A stretch of DNA of 64,000 nucleotides from Octopus vulgaris (GCA_951406725.2 OX597824.1:97092001-97156000), one strand, 5' to 3'. Shown: positions 39,034 through 52,740, numbered from the stretch's first letter. The notes: a model not told the origin generated them from the sequence alone. Numbers and translations are program-made.

Positions 39034-39469
39034 TGGCAGAGAATGTAAATATTAACTTGGAAGCAACAAAGAACTCTTATTTTCAGATGTCGTTTACAAT
39101 ATTGTTTCTGCTTTGTATTAAGGCCTCTCCCTTTTCGGCTTTCGCCATCAAATATGCAGTGAAACAGCAATTGGTCTGTTGGAAACCCTTAGCCATCGGC
39201 GAGTCCTGAGGCAAGTACCAAAAGATTAACTTTCCTTCCTTTCATTCAGCCGAGTTAAAGAATGAAACTTTATGAGGTCCCCTCATCTGCTAGAAATAGC
39301 AACCTAATCCCCGCCCCTCCCTCCGACTATTTTTCATTTTCACTTATTGGTATCTCGTTAGTTTTTCCATAGTTTTTCCATTGGACATCGGTCGCCTCGT
39401 GGGAAAAGGGACTGTGAATGGTCCCTACAGCTCTCTCAAAGGGCTGATTCAAACAGAGTGGGGGAAAGA

Positions 39470-39645
39470 AGGAAGGAACAGAGACAATATGTTCCCAGTA
39501 CATTACTGGTACTGTGTCATTCGATCCTGGAAGGATGAAATTCAAAGTTGGTCCCAACGGGATTTGAACTCAGATTGTGGAAAGCCACAACAAATCCCAC
39601 AAGACATTCCAAAAGATGCTCCACCGAGTCGGCCAATTCGCCGCC
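39470..39645 (-). mobile_element. Meta-like SINE, diverged
   Basis: TGGTAC...GAAGGATGAAA...GGATTTGAACTCAGA...CCAATTCGCCGCCTT. Confidence 0.65.
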
Positions 39646-40019
39646 TTCTCACTCATCACACCATCGAAAAAAGAGAGACTGATATCTTAGATAATGTCTT
39701 GATATTCTCACACAAATAGGATGGTCATGGCTGGAAAGACATTGATCATATCTGTGCTCCATCAGGAATGACAGGACAACAAGGACAAGAGTGAGGAAAC
39801 ATCTATATGGTCACCACATCTACTAGAAATAGCAGCCAAATCTCCTTGCCAGCTTAAGAAGGACGTTAGATAATATGGTTCTAATGAGAATGTCAGAAAA
39901 CACGTTTGTCATGGGGTAAGCATCTTTCTGATGGGATGGTTATGCCTGGAATGTCATTTATCATATTTCTGAGCTGGGTCTATATAACCACATCAACATC
40001 TTTCAATCTCTCAAGGATA

Positions 40020-40059
40020 GTTCTTTCCTTTCTTTCTTTCTTTCTTTCTTTCTTCTTTT

Positions 40060-40106
<47 letters not shown>

Positions 40107-40307
40107 ACCTTCCGTTCTTTCTTTCTTTCTTTCTTTCTTCCTTCCTTCCTTCCTTTCTTCCTCTCTTTCTTCCTTTCTTTCTTTCTTCCTCTCTTTCTTC
40201 CTTTCTTTCTTTCTTTCTTCCTGCCTTTCTTTCTTTTTTTCTTTCTTTCTTCCTTTCTTTCTTTCTTTCTTTTCTTCTTCCTTTCTTCCTTTCTTTCTTT
40301 CTTTTAT

Positions 40308-40353
<46 letters not shown>

Positions 40354-40400
40354 TTCCTTCCTTCCTTCCTTTCTTTCTTTCTTTCTTTCTTTCTCTCTCT
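40020..40400. repeat. (TTTC)n/(TTCC)n array
   Basis: Direct reading. Confidence 0.95.
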
Positions 40401-42083
40401 TTCTCCCCCCCCCCTCTCTCTCTCTACACACACACACCGTCATTATTTCTTCCCTCAAACCCATTTTCTTCCTCTGTCCTTCTACAATAAACAACCGCCA
40501 GTCCATATTTCTTGCTACGACTTCATTAAAATGTTAAAAAACATTCACCGTCACTCAAATTAATATATTTACGGCCAAAACAAACAAAAAAAGAGGGAAA
40601 AAGAAAAACGTGAACGGAGAACTGTTAAACGAGGAGTCTGTGCTTAATGATTCATATATTCCGGCACTGCTGTGTCGTTTAAATCACACTTAGAGTTGTA
40701 TAATTAAGACATGATATATCGCCGGGAAAGCGACAAGCAGATAATTATGTCGTCAGGTTGCTTCTATCGCTGGCAGCTTGTAATGCCATGCACTGCTCAG
40801 TTATGTCCCTTCATAGTCAAGTCCGTCAATATTTTTATCAGGTTTTCGCTAATTCAGAGCCACGAGGCGTAAAAATTTCAGAGAGTCGCCGCTCGTGGAG
40901 AGGATCATCCGGCGTCTCATTTAGCTTTTGCTGAATCTCTTTTGCCCATCTTTTAAAAACTTTTTTCTTACTGTCCTCAAGAGTGCTCCACTCACTTTTT
41001 CCAGACTCGTCTTCTTTTTCAAGACTCGTCTTCTTATACTAGTAAGATCAAGGCTGTTCGCGGCCTCTGATCAATACTGAGCAGAAAGAGGGGACATCTC
41101 AACCTCTTAAGATCCTACTTCATGACTGACCCCTGTTAAGAGTGGAATTTGTGTCGAAATGATTTCCATTACTCCTCCCAGATCATTCCTGAGTTATGAA
41201 TCATGGACTTCTAGAAACAGTAGTGAAAGTAGGCATGACCTTCACCTCTGAATTCTGTTGCTGCTGAAGTTATTTTTGTTTACCAGTTTGTATTATATTT
41301 TCTGTCTTTATTTTTCTTGACAGCAATCCCTCAAGCGGCCTTCACTGTCACACATTTAGTAACTGGAAATATTGCTCTGCACCACCATTCCGACTTCTTA
41401 TCTGCTCCCTCTCTTTGTCACATTCATTTCACAAGCCGATGAGGTGGGTGTGGATGGTTATGTTAATGAGAATAAAGTGTTGGATTATTAGTTTTCGAAG
41501 TCGTTACTCAACCATCGCCGGAATTGTGGAAGCGTAACGTCTGTTTCTGTTCTCGCTGTCATTGTTGCTGTTACCCACTAAGTGTTTTTTAAATAATCAC
41601 ATAATCTTTATACGTTAGAACACACGTTGTTCTATATCTACCACTTCAATTATCACATCATCGTCATCATCCAATTCCGAGTTTTTCATCTCCAAAATAA
41701 TACAGCTGCTCTTTCAAGTAACCGTGAAGTTCAAATTCTCTTGAGATGAACAGCTCTTATCAGCCTTGGATTCTTTACAAAACTTTTCTTTGAGTGCAGT
41801 AGTTTATTTGGGTGAGGTTTTTGACTTCGTTAAATAATTTCATCGCATTCTAAAGTCTGCCTCGTTTCTTTATTGTCCAGCTTCTCTTTATCATGACAAA
41901 AATAAACGGTTGGGATGCTGACGACTTCACAATGCAGAGGCTGCACTGGATAACCCTGGATAACCAGAAAAAACATACCACTTAGTATCGGCACTGAATC
42001 TGGCATATTAGTGACTACATACATACATACATACATACATACATACATACATACATACATACATACATACATACATACATACG

Positions 42084-42119
<36 letters not shown>

Positions 42120-42689
42120 TATTTGTTTGTTTCTTCTTCTTCTTCTTCTTCTTCTTCTTCTTCTTCTTCTTCTTCTTCTTCTTCTTCTTCTTCTTCTTTC
42201 TAAATCTCCTAAAAGGAGGGATACGGCAGCAGTACTAAGTATTAATATTTATCGCCAAGGTAACGTGTCAGTCCAGCGAAATAGGACAAATGCTGCCGTT
42301 AATTAGCTCCGAGAGGCCATCGCCTCTAGCTAGCTATGTGACACATAAATCTGCGTCCATTACTACCTTTGAACAGAAGAGGTTCATTATATATGTGTGT
42401 GTGTTTGTTTGTGTGTGTGCATGTGAGAGTGTGTGCTTGTGTGTGTGCGTGTGAGTGTGTGTGTATACATACATATAAACATACATATAAACATACATAC
42501 ACACAAACAAACACACATACATATACATACATATATGTATACACACAAACACAAACACAAATATATACATGTATGTATACACACACACAGATAGAGAGAT
42601 TAAATAGATAGATAGACAGATACATAGCCAGCTAGGTAGCTAGCTATATATATGCATATATATATATATATGCATATATATACATACAT

Positions 42690-42816
<127 letters not shown>

Positions 42817-42842
42817 CACACACACATATATATATATATACA

Positions 42843-42907
<65 letters not shown>

Positions 42908-42988
42908 CTCTCTCTCTATATATATATATTGATAGAAAGATAGATATATGCATATATACTTACATATGTGTTCATACAAGCATATATA

Positions 42989-43048
<60 letters not shown>

Positions 43049-43240
43049 CATATATACATATAAATATATATGTGTACGGGTACAGGACGTCACAAAACAT
43101 AAATAACATGAAATACGAAAACAATATGAAACACTGATGAAGGGTCGTTCTTTATGTTACTTGTGCTTGTTTTCCATTTGTTTCTTTCGTTATATGTATA
43201 TATGTATATATATATATATGTGTGTGTGTAAGGAACAAAC

Positions 43241-43291
<51 letters not shown>

Positions 43292-43294
<3 letters not shown>

Positions 43295-43595
43295 CTGGTT
43301 GTTCCATCTCGAGCCACGCCGTTTCATAAGGTCCGGTTTCCCGGTTTCCTTGACGTATAGGTTCCCCACCTGGACGGGACGCCGGTCCGTTGCAGGTGAG
43401 CTGCAAGATGCAGGAAGAAAGAGTGAGAGAAAGTTGTGGCGAAAGAGTCAGCAGAAGTTCGCCATTACCTTCTGCCGGAGCCGCGTGGAGCTCAGGTGTT
43501 TCGCTCATAAACACACACACATCGCCCGGTCTGAGATTCTAACCCGCGATCTCTCGACCGCGAGTCCGCTGCTCTAACCACTAGGCCATGTGCGC
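43292..43595 (-). mobile_element. tRNA-derived SINE (GC-rich, well preserved)
   Basis: Minus strand GCGCACATGGCCTAGTGGTTAGAGC (A box), GGGTTAGAATCTC (B box) and a CORE-like ATGAGCGAAACACCT segment. Confidence 0.85.
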
Positions 43596-43655
43596 TCATG
43601 CACGCACGCCCGCCCCCCCCACACAGACACATACACACACACTCACACACACACA

Positions 43656-43762
<107 letters not shown>

Positions 43763-43777
43763 GTATATGCATATATA

Positions 43778-43925
43778 CTTATTTCTTCATTGCCCACAGG
43801 GGGCGAAAAATAGAGGGGACAAACAAGGACAGACAAATGAATGAATTCGATTTCATCAACCCCAGTACGTAACCGGTACTTATTTCGACCCCGAAAGGAT
43901 GTAAGGCAAAGTCGACCTCGGCGTG
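43778..43925 (-). mobile_element. Meta-like SINE, 3' part
   Basis: Reverse complement of 3262-3410. Confidence 0.8.
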
Positions 43926-43989
43926 GTGTTCTGTCAAATGCATTGCAACATCTTGGCAACTTATTTCCTTTGCAGTAAAAACAGTCCAG

Positions 43990-45400
43990 CATTTAAAATG
44001 GAGGCCATCATTTTGCTCCGTCCCATTCCACCTTTCGGCCAGTTCTTTTATCCCACACAAATACCAACTCTTGTTCTTCGAGGCGAAGAACTTCGTTATT
44101 CAATCTTACACCTTCTCTTGTGTGGCAACGCTTCGTGAGCGCAGGAAATAAGCCGTGGATCAAAGCCAGTAATAATCGACCGAACTGGGTTCGCTCTATA
44201 TCTTGAGTGTGGCATCGGTTCGATTCTCTGAGGTTCCTTAAGTTTATTCCAGTTCGTTTGTGCGGCATGAAGCCTTGCGTTTACTTACTTTAGCAAAGCT
44301 CAGTCCAGTGCTGGCCATTTTTGCCGCACAATGGCACACATGGGCTGTTCGGCATACCAGTTGGTATTGATGGTTCGACCGTTGGGAACGAAGCCGTGGT
44401 GAATAATCCCCCTCATAATTCCACCAGATGCATGTTTGGTGATAGGCTAACCGTTGCTTATTCAAGCTAGGCTTGCGAAAAAATATCCCCAACGATCCAT
44501 GGTTCCCTTCCTGCGTTCGCATTACTTCATCAACCAAGAGGAGGAGAAAGCTTCGTCGGAGAAGTTCTTCGCATCGAAGAAGACGAAGAACAGGAATGAG
44601 CATAGGATAAAAAGAACGGAGAGAAAAGTGTCTTCAGATGGTGCAACTCGATGGCCTCTACTCTGAGTGCCAGGAAGATTTTATTGTAACTTAACAAAAA
44701 AGCAAATAAATTATCAAAATCTTGCAAAACTATAAACTCAACACAGCATTCATATACTTGCAAATGTGGCTTTGTGTATAATTCTGTATAGGCATGATTA
44801 GATGAACCCCAGTACGCAACTGGTACTTATTTTATCAACCTCGAAACGATGGAAAGCAAAATTGACCTCGGCTGAATTTGAACTCAGAACGTAAAGAATG
44901 ACGAAACGTTGCTAAGCAACTCGCCTGCGGTGCTAACGATTCCGCCAGCTTACCGCCTTATTCTGAAACATATCGTAATTCAGAAATTGTGTTAAAACTG
45001 AAATTATTAATAAATGTAAATTATTGTTAATCTGAAAAAGACTTAAAAATGTCTCCGGGCTAAAGATTTCATCTTGTGGAAAGGCGTGCAAGGGGGATAA
45101 CACAGGATTACTTCACGAGCAGTAATTGAGAGTTGCTTCCCTTGAATGATTATTCTACGTTCAGTTATGAGTTGTTTACCTTCGTACGTGAAATTCCTTC
45201 GATGTCATCACTTTTACTTCTGCTGGACCAGGAAGCTTCTCCTTCGTCGACCGACCTCTCGATACTTACAGACAAATTTTACTGTTTTCTCATCAACTCA
45301 AACCCCAACAATGTTGCAAAGGGCACCGATAACGGTAAGATCAATACTGGAATGTCTTTGAATATAAATCTATCTCAACAAATGCAGCCTATGTACTTGT
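43990..45400 (+). pseudogene. Possible highly decayed Gypsy-type gag remnants
   Basis: Fragments IPPF.., FHQ..FGD.ANRC (compare the CxYH..FG..A..C knuckle) near 44420-44460, and HRITSR/VMSCLPS near 45100-45190. Only short motifs, no continuous frame. Confidence 0.3.
44795..44960 (-). mobile_element. Meta-like SINE, 5' part
   Basis: CCCCAGTACGCAACTGGTACTTATTTTATC...GAATTTGAACTCAGAACGT...CCGCCAGCTTACCGCCTT. Confidence 0.8.
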
Positions 45401-45792
45401 TACTTTGGTGAGGTTTGAAGTTTATCAGTTCCGGTCATGCTGGAGCATAGCTTCATTCATTTTCGAAAGAATTGCCTGCTATTTCTGTTGCTAAATATTC
45501 TGTGGTCCATCCGGGTGTCAATGCTTGAACAGAAATTCAGCAGATTCTTTAAAGCGCTGCACGACATAGGTTTCAGTATAAATTTTGCACATTGGTGCTC
45601 GAAGTTCAAATCCAGGTAACAACTCACATAGGTGGCCAATTATTCTACCGTCTGACGACAGTATAAGGAGTTACACGATTAAGAAAGTGAAAGGACAGAA
45701 CTCAAAGCCCTCAATTAATCGTAACTCGAAAGTTTCACGTATCGCTACTGGTAATTCGTGGTAACAACGACTGAAGTCCACATCATACCACA

Positions 45793-45882
<90 letters not shown>

Positions 45883-45972
45883 CGTGTGTTTGCGTTTGTG
45901 TGTGTGCGCGTGTGTGTGTCTAGCCACGTGTGCGTGTGTGTGCCTCACTGGTACGTAATCACTACCTGCATA

Positions 45973-47214
45973 ATACATACATACATACATACATACATAC
46001 ATACATGCATACATACACACATACATACTTACATCCATGCATACACACATACACATATACATACATGCATGCATGCAAACGTACATGCATACATGCACAC
46101 ACATACATACATACGAACATACATACATACATTCATACATACATACATACATACATACACATACACAATACATACATACATTCATACATACATATATACA
46201 TACGAACATACATACATACGAATATACGTACATACATACATACATACACACATACATACATACATACACACATACATACATACATACATTCATACATACA
46301 TACATACACAATACATACATACATTCATACATACATATATACATACGAACATACATACATACGAACATAGGTACATACATACATACATACACACATACAT
46401 ACATACACACATACATACATACATACATACATACGAACATACATACATACATACACACATACATACATACATACACACATAGATACATACATTCATACAT
46501 ACATACATACATACGAACATACATACATACATACATACATACATACACACATACATACATACATACATACACACATACATACATACGAACATACATACAT
46601 ACGAACATACGTACATACATACACACATACATACATACATACATACATACATACGAAACACATACATACATACATACATACATACACACATACATACATA
46701 CATACATACATACATACGAACATACATACATACATACGAACATACATACATACATACATACATACACACATACATACATACATACATACATACATACATA
46801 CATACATACATACATACATACATACATACACACATACATACACACATACATACATACATACGAACATACATACATACGAACATACATACATACATACATA
46901 CATACGAACATACATACATACATACATACATACATACATACACACATACATACATACATACACACATACGAACATACATACACACATACATACATACATA
47001 CATACATACATACATACAAACATATATACATACATACACACATACGAACATACATACACACATACGAACATACATACATACATACATACAAACATACATA
47101 CATACGAACATACATACATACATACATGCATACATACATACATACATACATACGAACATACATACATACATGCATACATACATACATACATACGAACATA
47201 CATACATGCATACA

Positions 47215-47245
<31 letters not shown>

Positions 47246-47661
47246 GAACATACATACATACATACATACATACATACATACATACATACATACATACATA
47301 CATACATACATACATACATACATACATACATACATACGAACATACATACATACATACATACGAACATACATACATACATACGAACATACATACATACATA
47401 CATACATACATACATACATACATACATACGAACATACATACATACGAACATACATACATACATAAATACATACATACATACATACACACATACATTCATA
47501 CATACATACATACGAACATACATACATACATAATACGAACATACATACATACATAAGAACATACATACATACATACATGCATGTATACATACATACATAC
47601 ATGCATGTATACATACATACATACATACATACATACATACATACATACATACATACATACA

Positions 47662-47692
<31 letters not shown>

Positions 47693-47726
47693 GAACATAC
47701 GAACATACATACATACATGCATACAT
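45973..47726. repeat. ~1.75-kb (TACA)n array with recurring CGAA/CACA variants
   Basis: Direct reading. It is the source of the 400-700 aa pseudo-ORFs. Confidence 0.97.
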
Positions 47727-48282
47727 AGATGGTGGCTGCCCCCTCGTTATCGAGTATGGCCGTTGCACGAAGCTTAATCAATGTTGTTATCGTGTGATGC
47801 CTGTGCAAGAAGGTTTTTTTTAAGTGAGGAAAGGCTGTGCACTGAGTCAATCCCACTCACTAAGCAACAGCAGCCATAATCCGAAAAGAAGAACAAGTGA
47901 ACATCATCGGTAACCACTGAGCCGCAGGTTTTATGTCAGATTATCCCAGTTACCTAAGTTACCTTCTCCTAGAAGGATGCCCTAACAAAGGCGAGAAGTC
48001 CTTCACTCCCAATGGTTTAACCGCGCGATCGGGTATTCAGTCCGATTATTTCTATGTCCCCGCGCATGATACAGCCTTAAGACATTTATTGGATGGCCGT
48101 TGACTCTCAAGAGTTCCTCCGCCCTTTGACGGGTTTTGATTTTCATCCCGCAGGGTGTCCAATAAAAACCCTCCTCACCAAGCAAGCTTGGTGGAGTTGC
48201 CGGTTTAGTCGCTGACGACCCGACCATGTAGCAGGTTGCACTGGGTTACATGTTACTAATAGCACTCGAAAGTGACCTGACA
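47727..48282 (-). mobile_element. Non-coding RTE-related element embedded in (TACA)n
   Basis: GC-richer island. The minus strand has CTCGCCTTTGTTAGGGCATCCTTCTAGGAGAAGGTAACT, which resembles the conserved RTE-clade 5' UTR motif (recalled, not searched). Confidence 0.5.
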
Positions 48283-48407
48283 TGCATACGTACATACATA
48301 CATACATACATACATACATACATACATACATACATACATACATACATACATACATACATACATACATACATACATACATACATACATACATACATACATA
48401 CATACAT

Positions 48408-48628
48408 AGGCTTGACTGTGTGGTAAGTTGTTTGCTTGACGACCACATCGTTCTTCAGTTTAGTCCTTGGGCAATTGTCTTTTACTATGGCCTCAAGTCG
48501 ATCAAATCCTTGCGAGTGGATTTGGTAGACGAAAACTGAAAGAAGCACGTCGTATATATAATGTGTGGGGTGGAAAGGTGTCGTGTTCTGTGATTTTCCT
48601 CTCTACCCGTTGACAACCGCTGTGTTGG
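48408..48628 (+). mobile_element. CORE-like SINE, 5' part, diverged
   Basis: CTGTGTGGTAAG...CCTTGGGCAA...GAGTGGATTTGGTAGACGAAAACTGAAAGAAGC. Confidence 0.8.
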
Positions 48629-49128
48629 GTGTTGAAAATCATCCACGATGAGCTCGGTTTTCATAAAGTCTGTGCAAGATGGGTGCCAAGAGAGTTTACC
48701 GCAGAGCACAAGTGCAAACGTACTGAGGTCTGCCAATGTTTACTCAATCGCTACAGCAACGAGGGCGAAGAAGTTTTGAGCAGAAAAGTCAAAAGAGATG
48801 AAACGTGGCTCCATCATAGAATCCAAAAGACAGAGTATGGAGTGGAAATATCCTGGCTCGCCAGCGATGAAGAATTTAAAGACTCAGTCCCCCGCGGGAA
48901 AGGTGACAGTAACCCTGTTTTGGGAGTCAAAAGGGCCTATACTGGAAGGCTACCTGGAAAAGGAGTGTACGACCAACATTGCAAGATGCAGTCCTTTGCT
49001 GACCAGAAAACTGAGGCCAGCAATTCGCACTAAACGCTGAAGCCTATTGTGGAAGAAAGTTTTGTTGTTGCATGACAATGCCTGCCCATACATGGCCGTC
49101 CAGACCGTCGAAACCGTTAACAAATTGT
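48629..49128 (+). pseudogene. mariner (DD34D-type) transposase fragment
   Basis: IIHDELGFHKVCARWVPR, DETWLHH, ESKRQSMEW, AGKV..T.FW and LLLHDNACPH, with frameshifts and stops. Confidence 0.92.
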
Positions 49129-49390
49129 GCTAAATGCCTTCGATGAATTTCAGCATCTGACACGCCTTCCGACCAGAGAAATCGGATCACTGCTCTTTCT
49201 TTTCCTTTGGTGTACATTGCTAGTGGAGCGGCCATGCTCACACTGTAAAGCCAGGAAGGAAAAATGGCACGATCAGGCTCAAACTTCGATCATGTGATCA
49301 CAATGGTATCAACTATAAGCACGCATGCGCAGAAAAATTATTCCATTTAGGTTTTATATTGTGCATAACTACCTTCGTTATTTTATAATT
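49120..49390 (-). pseudogene. Inverted mariner 5' region and transposase N-terminus
   Basis: MAAPLAMYTKGKERAVIRFLWSEGVSDAEIHRR is the typical mariner N-terminal HTH. Confidence 0.85.
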
Positions 49391-49397
49391 TTCACAT

Positions 49398-52300
49398 TAG
49401 CATTTTGCTAAATCATCCATATAATATGGATGAAAGACGATATGCGGATGTGGTGCGCGGTAACCCAACAAATGGCAAGCTTCACCCAGATGTGAGAAGG
49501 GCAGCAGCTGAACAGCAATCCTTTTTGTGCATGGCACAAAAAATTGTTCAGCAGCTGACCTGGCTACAAGCACAAAGCTGGAACTACCACCACATAAGGC
49601 CACCACCAACAGATGCAGGATGGCCACCACAGACACCAACACACACACCACAAAAATATTTCTACTGAACGTAGGAGGGCTGCTGCGCGGCAACTGTAAA
49701 AGGAAAATATCATTCCTGAGAGACCTTGTGACATGCAATCAAGTTATATGCATGGCACTCACAGAAACGCATCTTGGACCCGATATAGGGGATGCAGAAA
49801 TACACATGCCGCAATATGCAGTCATACGCTCAGATAGAAAAGGGAGGAGCCATGGTGGAGTTGCAATGTACATCCGAGATGACCTCACGCCCCAGGTCCT
49901 GTTGTTTTATTCAAACTCAGTGTGTGACACTCAAATTGTACACATAAGACAACTGAATATCGTCATATGCACTACATATCGCCCACCAGATGCCCCAAAT
50001 CACTCAGGCATGTTTGAAGACTGCCTAACAAAAATAGGAGAAGTCCTTACCAACCTTGAACAACACAACAGTGTATTCTTCATGGGTGACTTTAACTTTC
50101 CCAATGTGAAATGGCCTGGTGGGCAGATGCTCTCAGGGATAACACACCATCAGCAGGCACAGGCAGAGTCCCTGCTCCATCTCACAAATGCCTCTTTCAT
50201 GGAGCAAATAGTTCTGCAACCAACAAGGGCAGATAATATACTGGATCTCTGCTTCACAAACAATATAGATATTATCCATAATGTTAATGTGATGCCGACA
50301 ATGATCTCGGATCACAACATAATAGAGCTGTCTATGTATGGACCAAAAGCCCCCGTAGACACACAGCCTATACGAAGCATCCACCATCTCTCCAACTTAA
50401 ACTTTCATAAAGCAAACTGGAAGTTGATTGAGAAAGAGATCCTCAAACAGGATTGGCCTGAATGTCTCTCCACACCGGACATTAACATGAAACACAAACA
50501 CTTCATGTCCATAATACAAGCCATATGTGACAAATATGTCCCAGTGTGCAGGGCCAGCACACACAAAAACAGGATCCCTAGAGAAAGGAAGATTCTTATG
50601 AGACGACGGACAAGGATTGCGAACCTCCTGAGCAAGCACACCAAAAGTGGTGAGAAGTCTCAACTCGAGACAATGCTAATGGAAATTGAGAAAAGTCTGC
50701 ATCAGTCCCATGAAAAGGAGAGAGCAGATAAAGAAGCTTGGGTAATAGAAAATATAAAATCAAACTCTAAATCTTTCTTTAAGTTTGCCAAAGAGACAGC
50801 CACAGTGCACCAGAGAATAGGACCTCTCTTCCAAAAAGATGGCTCTCTCACAGGAAATCCCACGAGGATAAGTGAAATACTGAACGAACAATTCCAAAGT
50901 GTGTTCACTACACCTCTAGGACACAGGCAAGTAAACAATACAGAAGAATTCTTTGCCACTTTACCTGCGGCCAAAGAGGCAAAAATTGAGTACATCAACA
51001 TCGAAGATGATGACATCACACTAGCCATAGATGAGATTGACACAAAGGTGCTGAACCTGATGGATTTCCTGATGGATTTCCAGCGATCCTTTTCAAATCG
51101 TGCAAAACCGCTACAGCTTCTTTTTCAGAGCTTTCTTGCAAGTGGTAAGCTCCCAGTCAAATTGAAAGAAGGGGTAATATGCCCTATCCATAAGGGAGGT
51201 AGCAGAGCAGAGGCTAAAAATTATAGGCCTATCTCTCTGACCTCACACATCAGCAAAGTCATGGAACGAATAGTCCGCAAGAAACTAATCATGTTCCTTG
51301 AAGAAAATGACTTGTTGTCTGACACCCAACATGGATTTCGACCAGGTAGAAGCTGCCTAACACAGCTCCTGCAACACTATGACTGGGTGTTGAAACAGCT
51401 ACTAAATGGCTCAAATGTGGATGTAATATATCTCGACTTTGCAAAAGCCTTTGATAAGGTCGACCATGGTATGATCTGTCACAAACTGCGTGGTCTCGGC
51501 ATAGGCGGAAAACTTGGAGAGTGGCTGCACAACTTCCTAAAAGACAGAAGACAGGCAGTTGTGAGCAATGGAGCCACCTCCAAGGAAACACAAATAACAA
51601 GCGGTGTTCCACAAGGCACTGTCTTGGGGCCACTGCTGTAGTGGCCCTTTCAGACATGCTTTCAGTTGCTACGATGGCCACCTTTGCTAGCTATGCAGAT
51701 GACACAAAAGTCTCCCACACAATACAAAACCCTGAAAATATTGCGAATCTGCAACAGGAGTTGCATACAATATACAGGTGGGCTGAGGACAACAACATGC
51801 AGTTTAATGCAGGTAAGTTCCAGGTCCTGCGCTACCGGCACACAAAGGTAAACGACGTGCAGACTGGATACACTGGCCCAGGAAGAATTGCAATCCCTGA
51901 GTCAAAATCAGTGCGTGACCTGGGCATTGACATGAGCAATGATGCATCTTTCCAAGTGCATATTACTAATCTGGTGATAAAATGCAGACGGCTTGCTGGA
52001 TGGATTCTCCGAACTTTCAGAACAAAAGAGAAGGAGACACTGATGGTCCTCTGGAAAACATTCGTTCTCAGCCGCTTGGACTACTGCTCCCAACTATGGT
52101 CACCACACAATATAAAACTAACAGCAGAACTCGAAGCGATTCAAAGAAGCTACACAAAGAAGATCGTCTCAATGCAAAATATCAGCTACTTGGAAAGACT
52201 GAAAGTATTAAACCTCTTCTCCCTAGAGCGGAGGCGGGAGAGATATGCGGTGATATACATCTGGAAAATCCTGGAGGGTACTTGTCCCAAACTTTGGCAT

Positions 52301-52679
52301 TCAAAGTTACCCCAACCGCAGAACGCGATGCCACTGCATGGTGCCAAAGATTCCAACATCACCATCAAAATACAGGTCCAGATGCTGCAACAGCTTGGGT
52401 TTCAGAGGACCACAGCTCTTTAACATCCTCCCAAAATGCCTGAGAGACTTACATGGTGTGGATGTGGGTTTCTTTAAAACTAAACTGGATCTCTTCTTGT
52501 CGGGGTCCCAGATGAACCTACCTCACGACAGGAGACACAGATGCGGGCAGCAGGATCGAACTCCCTTGTTGATCAAGTGCCACGTATCAGAGGTGGATTC
52601 ACATATTAGTGTAGCTCATTCAGCGGTGGTGCCCCAGCATGGCCGCGGCCTTCGGGCTAAAACATTTTTAAGGATTTAA

Positions 52680-52682
<3 letters not shown>
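49398..52682 (+). mobile_element. CR1-group LINE, 5'-truncated in ORF1, with full-length but disrupted ORF2
   Basis: An ORF1-like tail (49405-49668), an APE + RT ORF2, and a 3' end with a small hairpin and (TTTAAGGA)2 followed by (AT)n. Confidence 0.92.
49620..52600 (+). pseudogene. LINE ORF2: apurinic-like endonuclease + reverse transcriptase, frameshifted
   Basis: APE motifs LNVGGL, LTETHL, RSDR..GGV, YRPP, GDFN, PTR..NILDL and SDH. RT motifs NYRPISLTS, QHGFRPGRSC, YLDFAKAFDKV, GVPQGTVLGP, YADD and RDLG, then LERRRERY. Frameshifts occur near 51045/51110, 51640, 52280 and 52505. Confidence 0.93.

Positions 52683-52740
<58 letters not shown>

Noticed and set aside
45745-47856. ORFs of 400-703 aa (MYVC/HTYI repeats)
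   Set aside because: Translation of (TACA)n, which lacks stops in most frames.
48120-48282. Possible HDV-like ribozyme at the 5' end of the RTE-like island (minus strand)
   Set aside because: RTE elements can carry one, but I could not fold a convincing nested double pseudoknot by eye.
49527-51641. Intact, active 704-aa LINE protein
   Set aside because: It contains compensating frameshifts and terminates before the YADD motif, so this copy is a pseudogene.
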